A stretch of 64,000 nucleotides of DNA from Patescibacteria group bacterium (lineage in GTDB: Bacteria > Patescibacteriota > Patescibacteriia > UBA2591 > JAQUPP01): contig JAQUPP010000001.1 in the NCBI GenBank assembly GCA_028716665.1, forward strand, positions 128,467-192,466. The letters are read 5' to 3'. The stretch's first letter is position 1. The number at the start of each line of letters is the position of its first letter. The notes below the pieces were generated by a model, which was not told the DNA's origin, did no database searches, and was given only the letters and a program-made list of their open reading frames with translations. This document shows positions 45,301-57,090 of this stretch, one piece after another. The position numbers and the translations under genes were made by a program.

Positions 45301-47510
45301 CGCAATTGACAAAATCTACTATTGGGAAAACCTGTCGAGCTTATCCGGAAAAAGATTCGCCATTTAAGAGTGACGTGGAAAAATATTATTTTTCCGATGT
45401 TAATGTTTGCAATGATACGAATAATACCGGCGAAAATAAAGATTGCCAATGCAGTTACACTAAAGATGATTATGGCGGAACAACAAAATATTATAATACG
45501 GCGCCGACAACAACGGGAATTTGTGTGAGCAGCAGTGATGGCAAGGAAACAGGAGATACAACTCAGAATATTTGCGTGAGCACTCAAAATGATCATACTC
45601 CGGGAATTTGGAAAACTTTAACCAAACAGACAAACGCGCTTGGTCTGAGAGGTTTTTGTTTGGAACCGGATCCATCAAAACCTGCTGATTTAAATGCTTG
45701 CATTACCTGGTGGCCCGGCGCGGCAATCGGCGACCCGGATATTTATAATCAATTCACTTCTGCCGGCTATCAAGCCGCGAATGAGCGACAATGGTATTGT
45801 GCTAAAAAAATTGAAGTTCCAGTAATAGATTTACAATCAGAGGGTAATTTAACAATGACTTCTCATAACGATTGTAAATCTGGAGAAACATGGAAATGCG
45901 CTTGGCAGAAAGGTAATATATGTAATGATGTGGAATGGTGGCCACATAATTGGAGATCGGATAGTTGTTCAACAAATATAACAGGTATTTATTCTGTTAG
46001 TGAGCTTGATAATTGTAATTTAGATTGTCCCGCTCAAGCGATATTTTCTTTGGGTAATAGCTCATCAAATAGAGTCAAAAATTTAAAGGCGGACATGGTT
46101 GAAAGTATTAATATTAATGTTTGTTCTTGTACCAGCGCTAATGGTGCTGGCGATACGAATACCTGTTCAAGCGGTTCCTGTACAGATATTAGTGGGAATG
46201 ATTCAGGAAGTCTTTGGGGCTGGGATCCTCTGGTATTATCTTTAAATGATTCTAATTCTTGGACATCATCTTACGGTTCGGGGAATGGCGTAAAGATAAT
46301 TGCTAACTGGAAAGAAGATCAAACTTTTGATTCTTTGGTATTAAAAGCAGCAGATGAAAAGAATTTTGGATACTTTAAAATAAATTCAATCACTTTAAAA
46401 ATTAAAAATGATTGTGAACAAGTTGTTAAAATTGCGGATACTGACAGAATGGCCACCGCTTACACTAATCGGGTAAATAATATTAAAAATTATTTTAATG
46501 ATTCTGTGGATGGTAAAACAGAGTTTGAAAATTGTACTCCTTGGGGCGCGGTTAAAAATTGGGATACATCAACAGTTTATATTACAGAATCATCAAATAC
46601 TTGTGAAATAAATAAGGGTGCTTTATATGATTATACGGGCAACATAAAAGACTCTGTTTTTGCTAAAAAACTTTTTGCTCGATCTTTTGATGTCAAAACA
46701 TTTTCTTTGTCTGATTTTCAATATCATACGGGAAGCTTATATACTGTTTTGGATTCTACTAATACTCCTCAAGTGGCGGCCCCAACCTGTGATGAATTAA
46801 CGAATGTTTGTAAAATGGATTCTGAGGGGGCTTCAAATCATATTACTATCGGTAATGTCTATAAAGATGGAGAGAACATTACTCGTGTTCAGTCATATTT
46901 GGCAATTTTGAAATTTTATGCTTGGGCAAATGAAAATCAAATGCCGATCAGGGAAATTTCCATTGATTGGGGAGATAGAGCTGGCGAAGTTAATCCTTAT
47001 TCGGTAATAGCTAAAAATCACAAACAGGCTTGTTGTGAAGGAAGTGGCAGTTGTGCAAATCTCGGAGTTGCATGTAAAGAAGGAATCAATGCCGGCAAAG
47101 CTTGCAATAAAGATTCAGATTGTTTAAAAGAATATGCTTTATGCACAAATAAAAAATGTCAGGCCGGGGTTAATCAAAATCAGGCTTGTGATAAACCAGA
47201 AGATTGTCCGATTTATAGCGAATGTCAAAATATGGTTAATTTAAATTTCGGCAATATTCCTGATGCCTGCACAAATAATTATTTCCAATTTACTCATATT
47301 TATCAATGCGCCGGCGAAGGTTCACCGGGTTGGAATGCCTTTAAGTGTTCCAATACTTGTTGTTTTAAACCTCGCGTTTATGTTCAAGATAATTGGGGTT
47401 GGTGTAATAATGGAAAGGAGAATGTATTAAAATCATCTAATGGTAAATGTAATGGATTGGGGATAGCAGGCACACCATTCGGAGGCTTAATAATTATTAG
47501 ACCGCAATAA
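39306..47510 (+). CDS. Giant secreted cysteine-rich surface protein with CBM-like domains
   Basis: Signal peptide ending AQA|QMVVHDP. Many repeated C..(V/I)GC.(E/Y) modules. NLINGGDFETG and KSDFED CBM4/9-like starts. C-terminal C..G.N....C....DC repeats. ATG 39306. Confidence 0.85.
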   Translation: MKAKKLLNFRILTGAVLLVMFLSIMTPVLFYPKQAQAQMVVHDPLKVIVDKVWEFLKLAWKNGAGIAYKNAINTYTSQIATQTAEWVASGGKGQTPMFIADPDYWVKVGDNMLGEFIDAAAGPKGFFGQSLCDPIDPTLRLNILISFDPLYRQKTWTQENKCSFTKIRQRIKEASQKNLIEFSVDLKEGPVGRYQSSFKSIFEADSKLNEWQTADWPGGDHKTNLKMIADKITSIQKDFSQTVEDLKANKNNTSLIQKENIQADFRNRINNNVWGPDEPPATQYGQYLKFWQKNTSACAAKNKENFCQDLNCYNICSKTDCLGNFTNCLAYTNRANLYVKQLIDWTNQLTGMINKTDFTALTTKEEVTLEDIGRMYSEDNDLRITLSLQSSLMEKQANAVSKSQYFQSLQGRLNDVTTKISGLTKTPSSLVDTAAREAVKNGTASPMQYTGVAVADAIGIFTNTLIDKLLKQIFEKGYNVNVSPEAVRTQPFLSGEGGLITLGSNAGGSLFSDLTVASLKKGGEISIYDEYSVCPQDPKYALPSNCVMDSGMVRALEDNLTLKQAMDKNLIHSDWLVSGRSKKDAATDYLGRYSLTNIKKLRAIRVFPLGLEIAAQKIYDGKLGDAQFTLKDIVDGFDKVSSDGDCRIYIDPTKTPKEGSMEIPCPVWDNDHCYTNVGKTKESFSASPFCHLVDPNWVLKAPSFQCETIAYSAIPLPGSNQRQETCIDMKDCIHEDANGKCDTWGYCTREKNIWRAGGNSCDSQFNTCQTYTKTSDKKSSSYLANTLNFANCSVNDVGCKWYCSDYQKSFGANKADIWACEKPGVSLTCIDRDESGQCTTYGKNGTEQNPTQNAIFFNRNVEKCDKNSEGCHEYIRTATDSKIYLKTAPEWMDCEGDSPSLECSNFATSCEKEDVGCGLYAPINNDPTIPGIVSEGNRCSEKCVGTNYFKEMKTNFETNQPDVLLIPSLAKSCSAPGCEEFTNLDEVAKGGEGIQYYSYIRTCQKPDTQTCGYYYTWVGSDTNGYQLKKYYLTAGAGGPAEIDSPSAQFGICDKDQIFTNPHCKEFYDADGKVSYRIYENTITCSDDCHPLRITIPTGFDSTKCSNSGGTWDNGNCIYQTIPTESVSCSKANIGCREYKGNAANNVRQILKSDFEDAKDQGWNGTPVNESGVYTGHSLQSPSFMISHSVSLTSEKSYILSFWARGNGDYYSFFTKDKETVWFNNKDKTTIFSDDWQEIKLGPIYSNNQLSSGDWELNIRGPNGFYVDDIILKEVKDDLNLIKDSWKTKMPAGCTVSGCQAYKDQNNKLQYLTSFARLCDEKSVGCEALIDTKNSTSPFAETFKNGTTVPDDSPIYLINDSKKSCQETNKGCQRFGLPTLSSEDTVVGWSDLYLRNNPDNYSAKILCDSANTGCEEYKINGSGSSVYFKDPGENLCEWREKIMVGGENKTGWFKKGTSQPCYYNTDNTPYQINGLYSIKTSAEPDYKNIAGVCPQKQTGCTQFTDFGATVGNNLINGGDFETGNLGQWTPAYGSVAKPDTIQLLSGFGQPANFLRIESDGSSPRFGVAQYPEFNDLPSGASFNFSAKIKLDNNLTDDVKATVYLDLFYRGNKEFDNQGCIVKIDDKSVPRDCSDSESAIVRTCADQGKDNCTGSNDLEKSYVQCLKDVNLGNVNGWCFNWVYGYQPAVGWGGIDTTNKDWITLNKTIVAGGKDNPKNLPLYKIMVSPVLVKGNGTAGVIDITNSSVYADFDDISLKQIQNYYYLDDDKLDQSSCQGNVSQKQDCILLLDSSLKNADGQVLATYNTFATYKKSEATNPKYGLVSPVDCTKGVPQTGKSCTDAEYTNTDYCKYCSSYGQIKNDANTILKVRQDRTCGEWLTCTSSRSEWDKTSGSFKDICEAVGRCDKLIGTGNANQCGHLIWENDPKVLADNIYQNRDVSWSGMDYAGHSIYNMYPIERLWAKEYNGVYRLSYLDTNGSVYGVDGIKLKSSIQPDSEINSTQLTKSTIGKTCRAYPEKDSPFKSDVEKYYFSDVNVCNDTNNTGENKDCQCSYTKDDYGGTTKYYNTAPTTTGICVSSSDGKETGDTTQNICVSTQNDHTPGIWKTLTKQTNALGLRGFCLEPDPSKPADLNACITWWPGAAIGDPDIYNQFTSAGYQAANERQWYCAKKIEVPVIDLQSEGNLTMTSHNDCKSGETWKCAWQKGNICNDVEWWPHNWRSDSCSTNITGIYSVSELDNCNLDCPAQAIFSLGNSSSNRVKNLKADMVESININVCSCTSANGAGDTNTCSSGSCTDISGNDSGSLWGWDPLVLSLNDSNSWTSSYGSGNGVKIIANWKEDQTFDSLVLKAADEKNFGYFKINSITLKIKNDCEQVVKIADTDRMATAYTNRVNNIKNYFNDSVDGKTEFENCTPWGAVKNWDTSTVYITESSNTCEINKGALYDYTGNIKDSVFAKKLFARSFDVKTFSLSDFQYHTGSLYTVLDSTNTPQVAAPTCDELTNVCKMDSEGASNHITIGNVYKDGENITRVQSYLAILKFYAWANENQMPIREISIDWGDRAGEVNPYSVIAKNHKQACCEGSGSCANLGVACKEGINAGKACNKDSDCLKEYALCTNKKCQAGVNQNQACDKPEDCPIYSECQNMVNLNFGNIPDACTNNYFQFTHIYQCAGEGSPGWNAFKCSNTCCFKPRVYVQDNWGWCNNGKENVLKSSNGKCNGLGIAGTPFGGLIIIRPQ

Positions 47511-47552
47511 TTATAGCTTATTAGCTTGTAGCTTCTTGGCTTTTTAGAAAAT

Positions 47553-47583
47553 AAAAAAGAGTAGGTCTATTACAGACCTACTC
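47553..47583 (-). terminator. Intrinsic terminator
   Basis: GAGTAGGTCT-attac-AGACCTACTC with a U-run on the minus strand. Confidence 0.75.
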
Positions 47584-47600
47584 GGCGAGAAATAAATTTC

Positions 47601-48485
47601 TCATTTTAACAAAGTCAATTTTGTAGTTACAGTTTTATTGCCCATCAAGGTTTTTGCAAAATAAATTCCATTAGGTAATTGTTTCCCGGATTCATTTTTC
47701 CCGTTCCATATCCGTTCTTTCAAAATGGTCTTTACTTTTTTACCGCTGATATCGTAAATCGCAATTTGGCCAACGACCGAGGTTCTAAAATGGCAAGAAT
47801 AAGAAAATGGATTTGGAAAGATTTCTAATTTTTCATTTTGATTTTTCCATTTTTCATTTTCCTCAACTCCTTGACTTTCCCCCATCGAATCTAGAAGCAC
47901 TTTATTGTTATTATGATAGGTTTGATAAGCAAGATTATCAAGCTTTCCGCCAAAAGGAAAGTGGGGATTTTCCCCAGTCTCCCACCAAACCTCTAGAATT
48001 AAAATATCAATTCTTGTTGCTCGTAAGCAGCTTGATGCCCCCCAGATTAGAGAGTGGAATTCCATCTCTTGTCTCCAGTCGGTATAACTAGTCCCCCAAA
48101 TATTAGAGCTGGAATAAAGTTTTCCTTCTGAAATCATATAAAATCGGAAACAGACAGAATCTGACAGAACTTTAATATCAGTAAAGAGTTGGGAAGTATC
48201 GCCAATATCCCGATTATATTCTTTTTTAAAATATTCCGCATATCTTCCGGAATCAACCATAAATTGAACAGAATGTTGACTGTTTCTCCACGGGCTATGA
48301 TCATCTGAAACTTTCACTGTTCCATAACTCAAAAGAGCATCAGGTCCAAAATAATCCAGAAATACTGAATCCGCGTTACTTGAATCTACCGGGATCCATC
48401 CATCGACCGGCTGTGTTAGTCCAAAAACCGAACTGAAAAATCCGAACATTAAAACTATAACTAAAATAAATTTTTTAAAGAACAT
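47601..48485 (-). CDS. Secreted protein with a C-terminal T9SS type A/FlgD Ig-like domain
   Basis: Signal peptide. GVEE..., IFPNPF, IYDISGKKVKT, WNGKNESGKQLPNGIYF, TKLTLLK. Own promoter TTGACA-N17-TAGAGT (48556-48528) and GGGGG SD. Confidence 0.85.
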   Translation of the reverse strand: MFFKKFILVIVLMFGFFSSVFGLTQPVDGWIPVDSSNADSVFLDYFGPDALLSYGTVKVSDDHSPWRNSQHSVQFMVDSGRYAEYFKKEYNRDIGDTSQLFTDIKVLSDSVCFRFYMISEGKLYSSSNIWGTSYTDWRQEMEFHSLIWGASSCLRATRIDILILEVWWETGENPHFPFGGKLDNLAYQTYHNNNKVLLDSMGESQGVEENEKWKNQNEKLEIFPNPFSYSCHFRTSVVGQIAIYDISGKKVKTILKERIWNGKNESGKQLPNGIYFAKTLMGNKTVTTKLTLLK

Positions 48486-48579
48486 TTGTCCCCCTTTGAG
48501 TTAAACGTTATTGTCTAACTGTATAATACTCTATCATATTTTTTGCTTTTTGTCAAGATGTTATAATAAGTTAATTTTT

Positions 48580-51465
<2,886 letters not shown>

Positions 51466-51473
51466 TTTGAATT

Positions 51474-53375
51474 ATGATTGATGATATCGTATTAAAATTT
51501 AAAGAGTTGCCGTTAGAAGTTCAAGACAAGCTATCTTCGATAGAAATTTTAGGAATTTTAGATAAAATAGAAAAGCAATATTCTCAACGCCAGGTTTCTT
51601 TGGCCGAGATACTGATGAGGATCGCAATTAAAGAGATAGATATTAATAATTTGACAGAGATTTTGGAGAAAGAATATCTTTTGGAAAGGGAAAAGGCGAG
51701 AGAGATCAGTATTGCTTTGAAAGAAAAAATTTCGTGGTTAGCATTAGGTTTTGACATAGAAAAAAAAGAATTATTGGAAGAAAAAGCAGAATCGAAATAT
51801 TTTCAATTACCAGGGAAAATTAGAAATGTAATTTTTGCTCCGGAAAATACGGAAATTTTTAACCAACTTGCCGAAAAATATAATTTTGACATTAATGCCA
51901 TAGTAATAAGGCTGGTAGTTGGAGATATTACATTTAATGATTTGGATAAAATATTAGTAACGGATTATCATCTCCTTGTATCTGCGTTAAGGGATGTTGA
52001 AGAAAATTTGAGTAAAATTTTGAAACCGATTATTCAAATGCTAGAAATGCAGAAACCGGGAGAAATCAATACAGAAGAGCTTGATAGAGAAATTGAAAAA
52101 TTAAAAGAGAATATTCCTACTCTTGCTGCAAAACTTGATATTAATCAGGCGGCGGACAATGCGATTACCAAGGTTGGCCTGACTTTCCCAGATGAAACAA
52201 TAGAAAAACGTTTTAAAAATGTAGTCATTTCTTTTTTAAGAGAAGTGCGCGGAGAGATTGAAACAAGAATTGTTTTAAAAAGACCACAAAAAATCGGAGG
52301 CGTGGAATTGGACGAAAAAATAGTTGACAAGGTGATGGATATTTTGAAACAAGAAAAGCCGATGATTAAAATTGAACCAATGGGTAATATTCCTCAGATT
52401 GAACTGGCCGAAGGACTAAAACAGCCGGAAGAAACAATTCAAAAATTTACTCGCATGGAAAAACCCGAAATAAAATCAGTTTCTTTGTTGTCTAAAATTG
52501 AAGAAGAAAAATTACTTCCTCAACCTGAAGAAGTAAAAGAGAAATTATTAAAAGAAAAATTTGAGCAAGAACCGTTGGTAGCACCGATTTTAGAAAAACC
52601 GGCTCCGGTTATTGAAAAGCCCAAGCCGATAATTCCGGAAATTAAAATTGTCAAAGAAGAACCAAAATTGGCCATGCCGGAATTTAAACCGATTATTCCG
52701 CCTGTTTTGGAAAAGAAAATTGAAGAGAAAACAGCGCCAAATTTATTTACCGCGGTTTCGGAAGAACCGAAAACTAAAGTTTCCGGACCGGAAGAAATTA
52801 CTGATGTTTTAAAAGAAATTGATCAATTACCGCCGGGAGATACCCCATTTGTTCTTGATGAAGAGGCAGAAGACAAATTTAAATTACCGGTTAGAGAATT
52901 GCCAAAAGAGGAATTGAAACCAATTATTGAAGAGCCAAAAGTTGAAGAAATAAAAAAAGAAATTAAACCTCAACCTCAGGCGGAAATTTTTATTCACCGG
53001 CCGCCTCGCGAGCCGGCAATGGCTAAAATGGAAGAAATTAAGGTTACTCCTCGTGTTTCCGGCCCGATTGAAGAGTTACAAGGTGCCACTCTTCAGGATT
53101 TTCGAAGATGGGGCAGCGCTGAACAAGCTGTTCAAAAAATAAAAGAAAAAATAGATTTATTGGGGGAAGAATCTTTGGTTAAAAAATCGGAAGGAATCAA
53201 GGCATGGAAAGAATCAGAAATTAATAAATTATATTTGGATATCGGCACGGAATCAATTGATAAGGGCATCTCAGTCAGTGAAGTAATCATTTTAAGACAA
53301 AAAGAAAATCGTAAAACTTTAAACGAAGAAGAATTTGACAAAGTGGTGGAATTGAACCAGAACCTCCGTTTCTGA
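51474..53375 (+). CDS. Hypothetical protein of the T4SS-like locus with a Glu/Pro/Lys-rich linker
   Basis: 633-aa ORF. Duplicated N-terminal module (FKELP/YFQLP), KIGGVELD, C-terminal GPIEELQ...FRR...W.ES. Confidence 0.8.
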   Translation: MIDDIVLKFKELPLEVQDKLSSIEILGILDKIEKQYSQRQVSLAEILMRIAIKEIDINNLTEILEKEYLLEREKAREISIALKEKISWLALGFDIEKKELLEEKAESKYFQLPGKIRNVIFAPENTEIFNQLAEKYNFDINAIVIRLVVGDITFNDLDKILVTDYHLLVSALRDVEENLSKILKPIIQMLEMQKPGEINTEELDREIEKLKENIPTLAAKLDINQAADNAITKVGLTFPDETIEKRFKNVVISFLREVRGEIETRIVLKRPQKIGGVELDEKIVDKVMDILKQEKPMIKIEPMGNIPQIELAEGLKQPEETIQKFTRMEKPEIKSVSLLSKIEEEKLLPQPEEVKEKLLKEKFEQEPLVAPILEKPAPVIEKPKPIIPEIKIVKEEPKLAMPEFKPIIPPVLEKKIEEKTAPNLFTAVSEEPKTKVSGPEEITDVLKEIDQLPPGDTPFVLDEEAEDKFKLPVRELPKEELKPIIEEPKVEEIKKEIKPQPQAEIFIHRPPREPAMAKMEEIKVTPRVSGPIEELQGATLQDFRRWGSAEQAVQKIKEKIDLLGEESLVKKSEGIKAWKESEINKLYLDIGTESIDKGISVSEVIILRQKENRKTLNEEEFDKVVELNQNLRF

Positions 53376-53376
53376 T

Positions 53377-53826
53377 AATTTAAAATTGAAAAATCAAAAT
53401 GGAAAATGACAGTGTAAATTTTAAAAATGAATTCAAAAAACGCCTCTATAACTGGGTTTTAAGGTTAATCAAGTTTATAGACAAGCTTCCCAAAGACTCC
53501 GTATGCAATGTCTTGGGAAAACAGCTTCTAAGAAGTGGAACAAGCATTTTGGCAAATTATATTGAGGCAAACTCAGCCAGCTCAAAGAAAGATTTTATCA
53601 ATTTTTTCACTCATTCTTTAAAATCAGCCAATGAATCTAAGGTTTGGCTGACATTATTAAGAGATACTGACAAAGGAGATAAAAATGAATTGCAGTGGTC
53701 ATTAAAAGAACTGATAGAAATAGCCAATATTCTGGCTTCTAGTATTTTAACTCTCAAGGGTAAGAAATAATTTTGACATTTTGAATTGTAATTTTAATTT
53801 TTGATATTTACATTTTGCATTTTTTA
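53377..53826. mobile_element. Inverted-repeat-bounded four-helix-bundle element
   Basis: Left arm AAAATTGAAAAATCAAAATGGAAAATGACAGTGTAAATTTTAAAA is imperfectly complementary to right arm TTTTGACATTTTGAATTGTAATTTTAATTTTTGATATTTACATTTT. Confidence 0.7.
53399..53770 (+). CDS. Four helix bundle protein (23S rRNA IVP/Avd-like family)
   Basis: KQLLRSGTSI.ANY.EA..ASSKKDF.......LKSANES..WL.LL.D. Confidence 0.93.
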   Translation: MENDSVNFKNEFKKRLYNWVLRLIKFIDKLPKDSVCNVLGKQLLRSGTSILANYIEANSASSKKDFINFFTHSLKSANESKVWLTLLRDTDKGDKNELQWSLKELIEIANILASSILTLKGKK

Positions 53827-53828
53827 TC

Positions 53829-54260
53829 ATGCAATTCATCGTTCCACAATTTATTGATATTGAACCGAAAATAATCGGGCAGATTACGCCACGGCAATTT
53901 TTGACTATTATTATCACGACTATCACTATTGGTGTTTGCTATAAATTATTTGATTTTGCTTTATTCATTTTGGTCGCGATTATCACCGCGTCAGTGGGAG
54001 TATCTCTCGCCTTTTTGAAAGTTAATGGCCGGCCGATATATTATTTTCTCGTAAATGTTTTTCAAACTTTTCGCAGGCCCAAAATAAGAGTTTGGCGCAA
54101 AGAATTTATTAGAATTGTTGAAAAAAATTTCAGAGATAAAGAAAAAACAGCCAGAACAATGCAGGAATTTGTTCCCCGTCCCCCGCTTTCTTCCACTCGG
54201 CTTTCTCAAGTTGCCCTATTGGTTGATACGGGAGGGAAATATACCGAAGACAATGAATAA
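53829..54260 (+). CDS. PrgI-family (VirB3-like) protein
   Basis: MQFIVPQFIDIE.KIIG..T.RQF, two TM, KVNGRP, P..RVW.K. Confidence 0.88.
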   Translation: MQFIVPQFIDIEPKIIGQITPRQFLTIIITTITIGVCYKLFDFALFILVAIITASVGVSLAFLKVNGRPIYYFLVNVFQTFRRPKIRVWRKEFIRIVEKNFRDKEKTARTMQEFVPRPPLSSTRLSQVALLVDTGGKYTEDNE

Positions 54261-54331
54261 TAGCTTTTTAGCTTGTAGCTTATTAGCTTTTTAGGGCTAA
54301 GAAGCTAATTCCTAATATCCTAATTTTAAAT

Positions 54332-54997
54332 ATGAATAATCAAAAACCTCAATTTCCTTCAACGCAAAAATATTTAAACATTTCCGAAATAAGAAATGAT
54401 TGCGTTATTTTGCAAGACGGCACTTTAAGGGCTGTTCTTTTGGTTTCTTCAATTAATTTTTCCTTGAAATCAGAAGAAGAGCAAAATGCCGTGATTCAAG
54501 CTTATGTTCAATTTTTAAATTCTTTGGATTTTCCGATTCAAATCGTTATTCAATCCAGGCCGTTTAACATCAATCCTTATTTGACTCAATTGGAAGAATT
54601 AAAAAGAACCCAAACCAATGATTTGTTAAAAGCGCAAATGGCTGATTATATTGATTTCACCAGAGAATTAATCCAAATGGGCGAAATAATGAGTAAACGT
54701 TTTTATATAGTGGTGCCTTACAATCCTTTAGGCGACAAAAAACGAAGTTTCGCGTCCATTATGACTGATGTTTTAAGCGCTGCTTCGGTTGTTAAGCTTA
54801 AAAGAGAAAAATTTGAAAAATACAGAGAAATTCTTTTCAGGAGAATGGATAACGTTTTGTCAAATCTTTCAAGTATGGGCATTAAAGCAATATCACTCGA
54901 CACTCAAAGTTTGATTGAACTTTTCTATAATACTTATAATCCATCCAGCGCTCAGAATCAAAAATTAGTTGAAATAAAAGATTTAAGAGTTGAATAG
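54332..54997 (+). CDS. TraC/VirB4 N-terminal-like protein
   Basis: STQ.YL.ISEI, LRAVL.VSSINF.LKSEEEQ, FLNSL.FPIQI, FYIVVPY, LIELFY..YNP. Confidence 0.8.
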   Translation: MNNQKPQFPSTQKYLNISEIRNDCVILQDGTLRAVLLVSSINFSLKSEEEQNAVIQAYVQFLNSLDFPIQIVIQSRPFNINPYLTQLEELKRTQTNDLLKAQMADYIDFTRELIQMGEIMSKRFYIVVPYNPLGDKKRSFASIMTDVLSAASVVKLKREKFEKYREILFRRMDNVLSNLSSMGIKAISLDTQSLIELFYNTYNPSSAQNQKLVEIKDLRVE

Positions 54998-55136
54998 TAA
55001 TAAATCAAAATTAAAAAATCAAAATGCAAAATGACAGTGTAAAGTTTAAAACTAATAAAAGTCAAAAAGTATTTTATAAATTCAATAATTTTACATTTTA
55101 ATTTGTCATTTTAATCTTTGATATTTACATTTTCTA
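54998..55136. mobile_element. Gene-less derivative of the four-helix-bundle element
   Basis: Both arms retained (AAAAATCAAAATGCAAAATGACAGTGTAAAGTTTAAAA ... ACATTTTAATTTGTCATTTTAATCTTTGATATTTACATTTT). No ORF between them. Confidence 0.8.
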
Positions 55137-55138
55137 TT

Positions 55139-57076
55139 ATGCCAATACGACCATCGGCTTTAAACGAGCCAACAACAATTGAAAAAGTCCAAAGTCCGCA
55201 AGAAATAAAAATTCGAGAAACCAAAAGAGATACAGAGGCGAAAGAGATTTTGAAATCCGAAGAGGCCTATCAAAGAGGGACTATCACCGTCAGAGACTTG
55301 GTTGCTCCGGCGGCTTTAAGAGTAGACGCGAAATATTTGCAATTGGGTGATCAATATTTAAGAACCATTTTTGTCACCACCTTTCCCCGTTATGTTATGG
55401 TGGGTTGGTTTTCACCGATAATTCATCTTAACGCACCTTTGGATATTGCGATGTTTTTCTATCCGGTTGAGAGTAAAGAAGTTTTAAAACAATTATTAAA
55501 GAAGGTTGGTAATTTGGAAGTCGAGATTCAAGCTGATCGGGAAAAAACATTGCCACGAGACCCGGTTAAAGAAACCGCGTTGCAAGACATTGAAAAATTA
55601 AGAGATGATTTAACTACCGGGACTGAACATTTTTTCCAACTTGCTTTATATGTGACTATTTATGCCAATGATTTAAAAGCGTTGGATCTTCTGACCGAAA
55701 GAGTGGAAACGATATTTGGCGGTAAAATGGTTTATACTCGCCGTGTTCTTTATCAATCCGAACAAGGATTTAACTCCACTTTGCCTTTGGCTAACGATGA
55801 AATAATGACTACGGTCAATATGAGCTCCTCTCCTTGCGCTTCAAGTTTTCCTTTTATTTCCGCAGATCTTACTTCGGATAGCGGCGTGCTTTATGGGATT
55901 AACCGTCATAATAACAGTTTGATTTTATTCGACAGATTTTCCATGCCGAATGCGAACTTCACTGTTTTTGCCACCAGCGGTAGCGGTAAAAGTTATTTTG
56001 CCAAATTGGAAGTTTTGCGTTCTTTAATGCTTGGCACTGACGTGATTATTATTGATCCGGAAAGAGAATATAAGCATCTTTGCGATGCAGTGGGCGGAAC
56101 TTATGTTAATATTTCTCTAACTTCAGAAAGTAAAATCAATCCTTTTGATTTGCCGCGTTCATCAAGTCAGGATGTAAAAACCGGTGATTTGATTCGTTCC
56201 GCGGTTATTACTTTGAAAGGATTATTGAAAATTTGTATTGGCAAACCGGATGAAAAGGGGAATCTCAGTTTTACGCCGGAAGAAGATTCATTGATTGATC
56301 GCGCTTTAATTGAATCCTACGCTAAAAAAGATATTGTTCCGGGTTGCGATTTAAGTCAGATGGAAATGCCGATTATGGGTGATTTGCAGGAAATTTTGGA
56401 AGGAATGGAAGGCGGCAATAATTTAGCCGAGCGTCTTAAAAAATATACTCAAGGAACGTTCAGTGGATTTTTAAATAACCCGACCAATGTTCAAATGGAT
56501 AATAAATTGGTGATTTTTTCCGTCAGGGATTTGGAAGACGAATTAAGACCGATGGCCATTTATACGATTGTGAATTATATTTGGAATGTTGTCCGTTCGC
56601 AAATGAAAAAAAGAATTTTAATGATTGATGAAGCTTGGTGGCTGCTGCAATATGAAGATTCGGCGAAATTCATTTATGCTTTGGTGAAACGCTGCCGCAA
56701 ATATTATCTGGGCGTGACCACCATCAGTCAAGATGTGGCGGATTTCTTGAATTCTCCTTATGGAAAAGCCATTGTTACCAACTCGGCCATGCAATTGCTT
56801 TTAAAACAATCTCCGGCTGCCATTGACTTGATCGCCAAGACTTTTATGTTGACTGAAGGAGAAAAATATTTATTACTTGAATGTGGTGTTGGCGACGGCA
56901 TATTCTTCGCCGGCAATAAACACGCGGCGATTAAAGTGGTTGCTTCTTACTCGGAAGATCAGTTAATCACTTCTGATCCGCGCCAAATTTTGGAAATTGA
57001 ACAAGCCAAAAGAGATTTTGATAAAAGTTTAGATAAGGGCTCGTCAGAAAGTATCGGCGATATGCCCATTGAATAA
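55139..57076 (+). CDS. virB4: VirB4-like type IV secretion ATPase
   Basis: LYGINRHN.SL..FDRF, ATSGSGKS Walker A, IIDPEREY, INPFD, IDEAW Walker B, RKY.LG...ISQ. ATG 55139. Confidence 0.9.
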   Translation: MPIRPSALNEPTTIEKVQSPQEIKIRETKRDTEAKEILKSEEAYQRGTITVRDLVAPAALRVDAKYLQLGDQYLRTIFVTTFPRYVMVGWFSPIIHLNAPLDIAMFFYPVESKEVLKQLLKKVGNLEVEIQADREKTLPRDPVKETALQDIEKLRDDLTTGTEHFFQLALYVTIYANDLKALDLLTERVETIFGGKMVYTRRVLYQSEQGFNSTLPLANDEIMTTVNMSSSPCASSFPFISADLTSDSGVLYGINRHNNSLILFDRFSMPNANFTVFATSGSGKSYFAKLEVLRSLMLGTDVIIIDPEREYKHLCDAVGGTYVNISLTSESKINPFDLPRSSSQDVKTGDLIRSAVITLKGLLKICIGKPDEKGNLSFTPEEDSLIDRALIESYAKKDIVPGCDLSQMEMPIMGDLQEILEGMEGGNNLAERLKKYTQGTFSGFLNNPTNVQMDNKLVIFSVRDLEDELRPMAIYTIVNYIWNVVRSQMKKRILMIDEAWWLLQYEDSAKFIYALVKRCRKYYLGVTTISQDVADFLNSPYGKAIVTNSAMQLLLKQSPAAIDLIAKTFMLTEGEKYLLLECGVGDGIFFAGNKHAAIKVVASYSEDQLITSDPRQILEIEQAKRDFDKSLDKGSSESIGDMPIE

Positions 57077-57090
57077 AATATTTTAATCAT

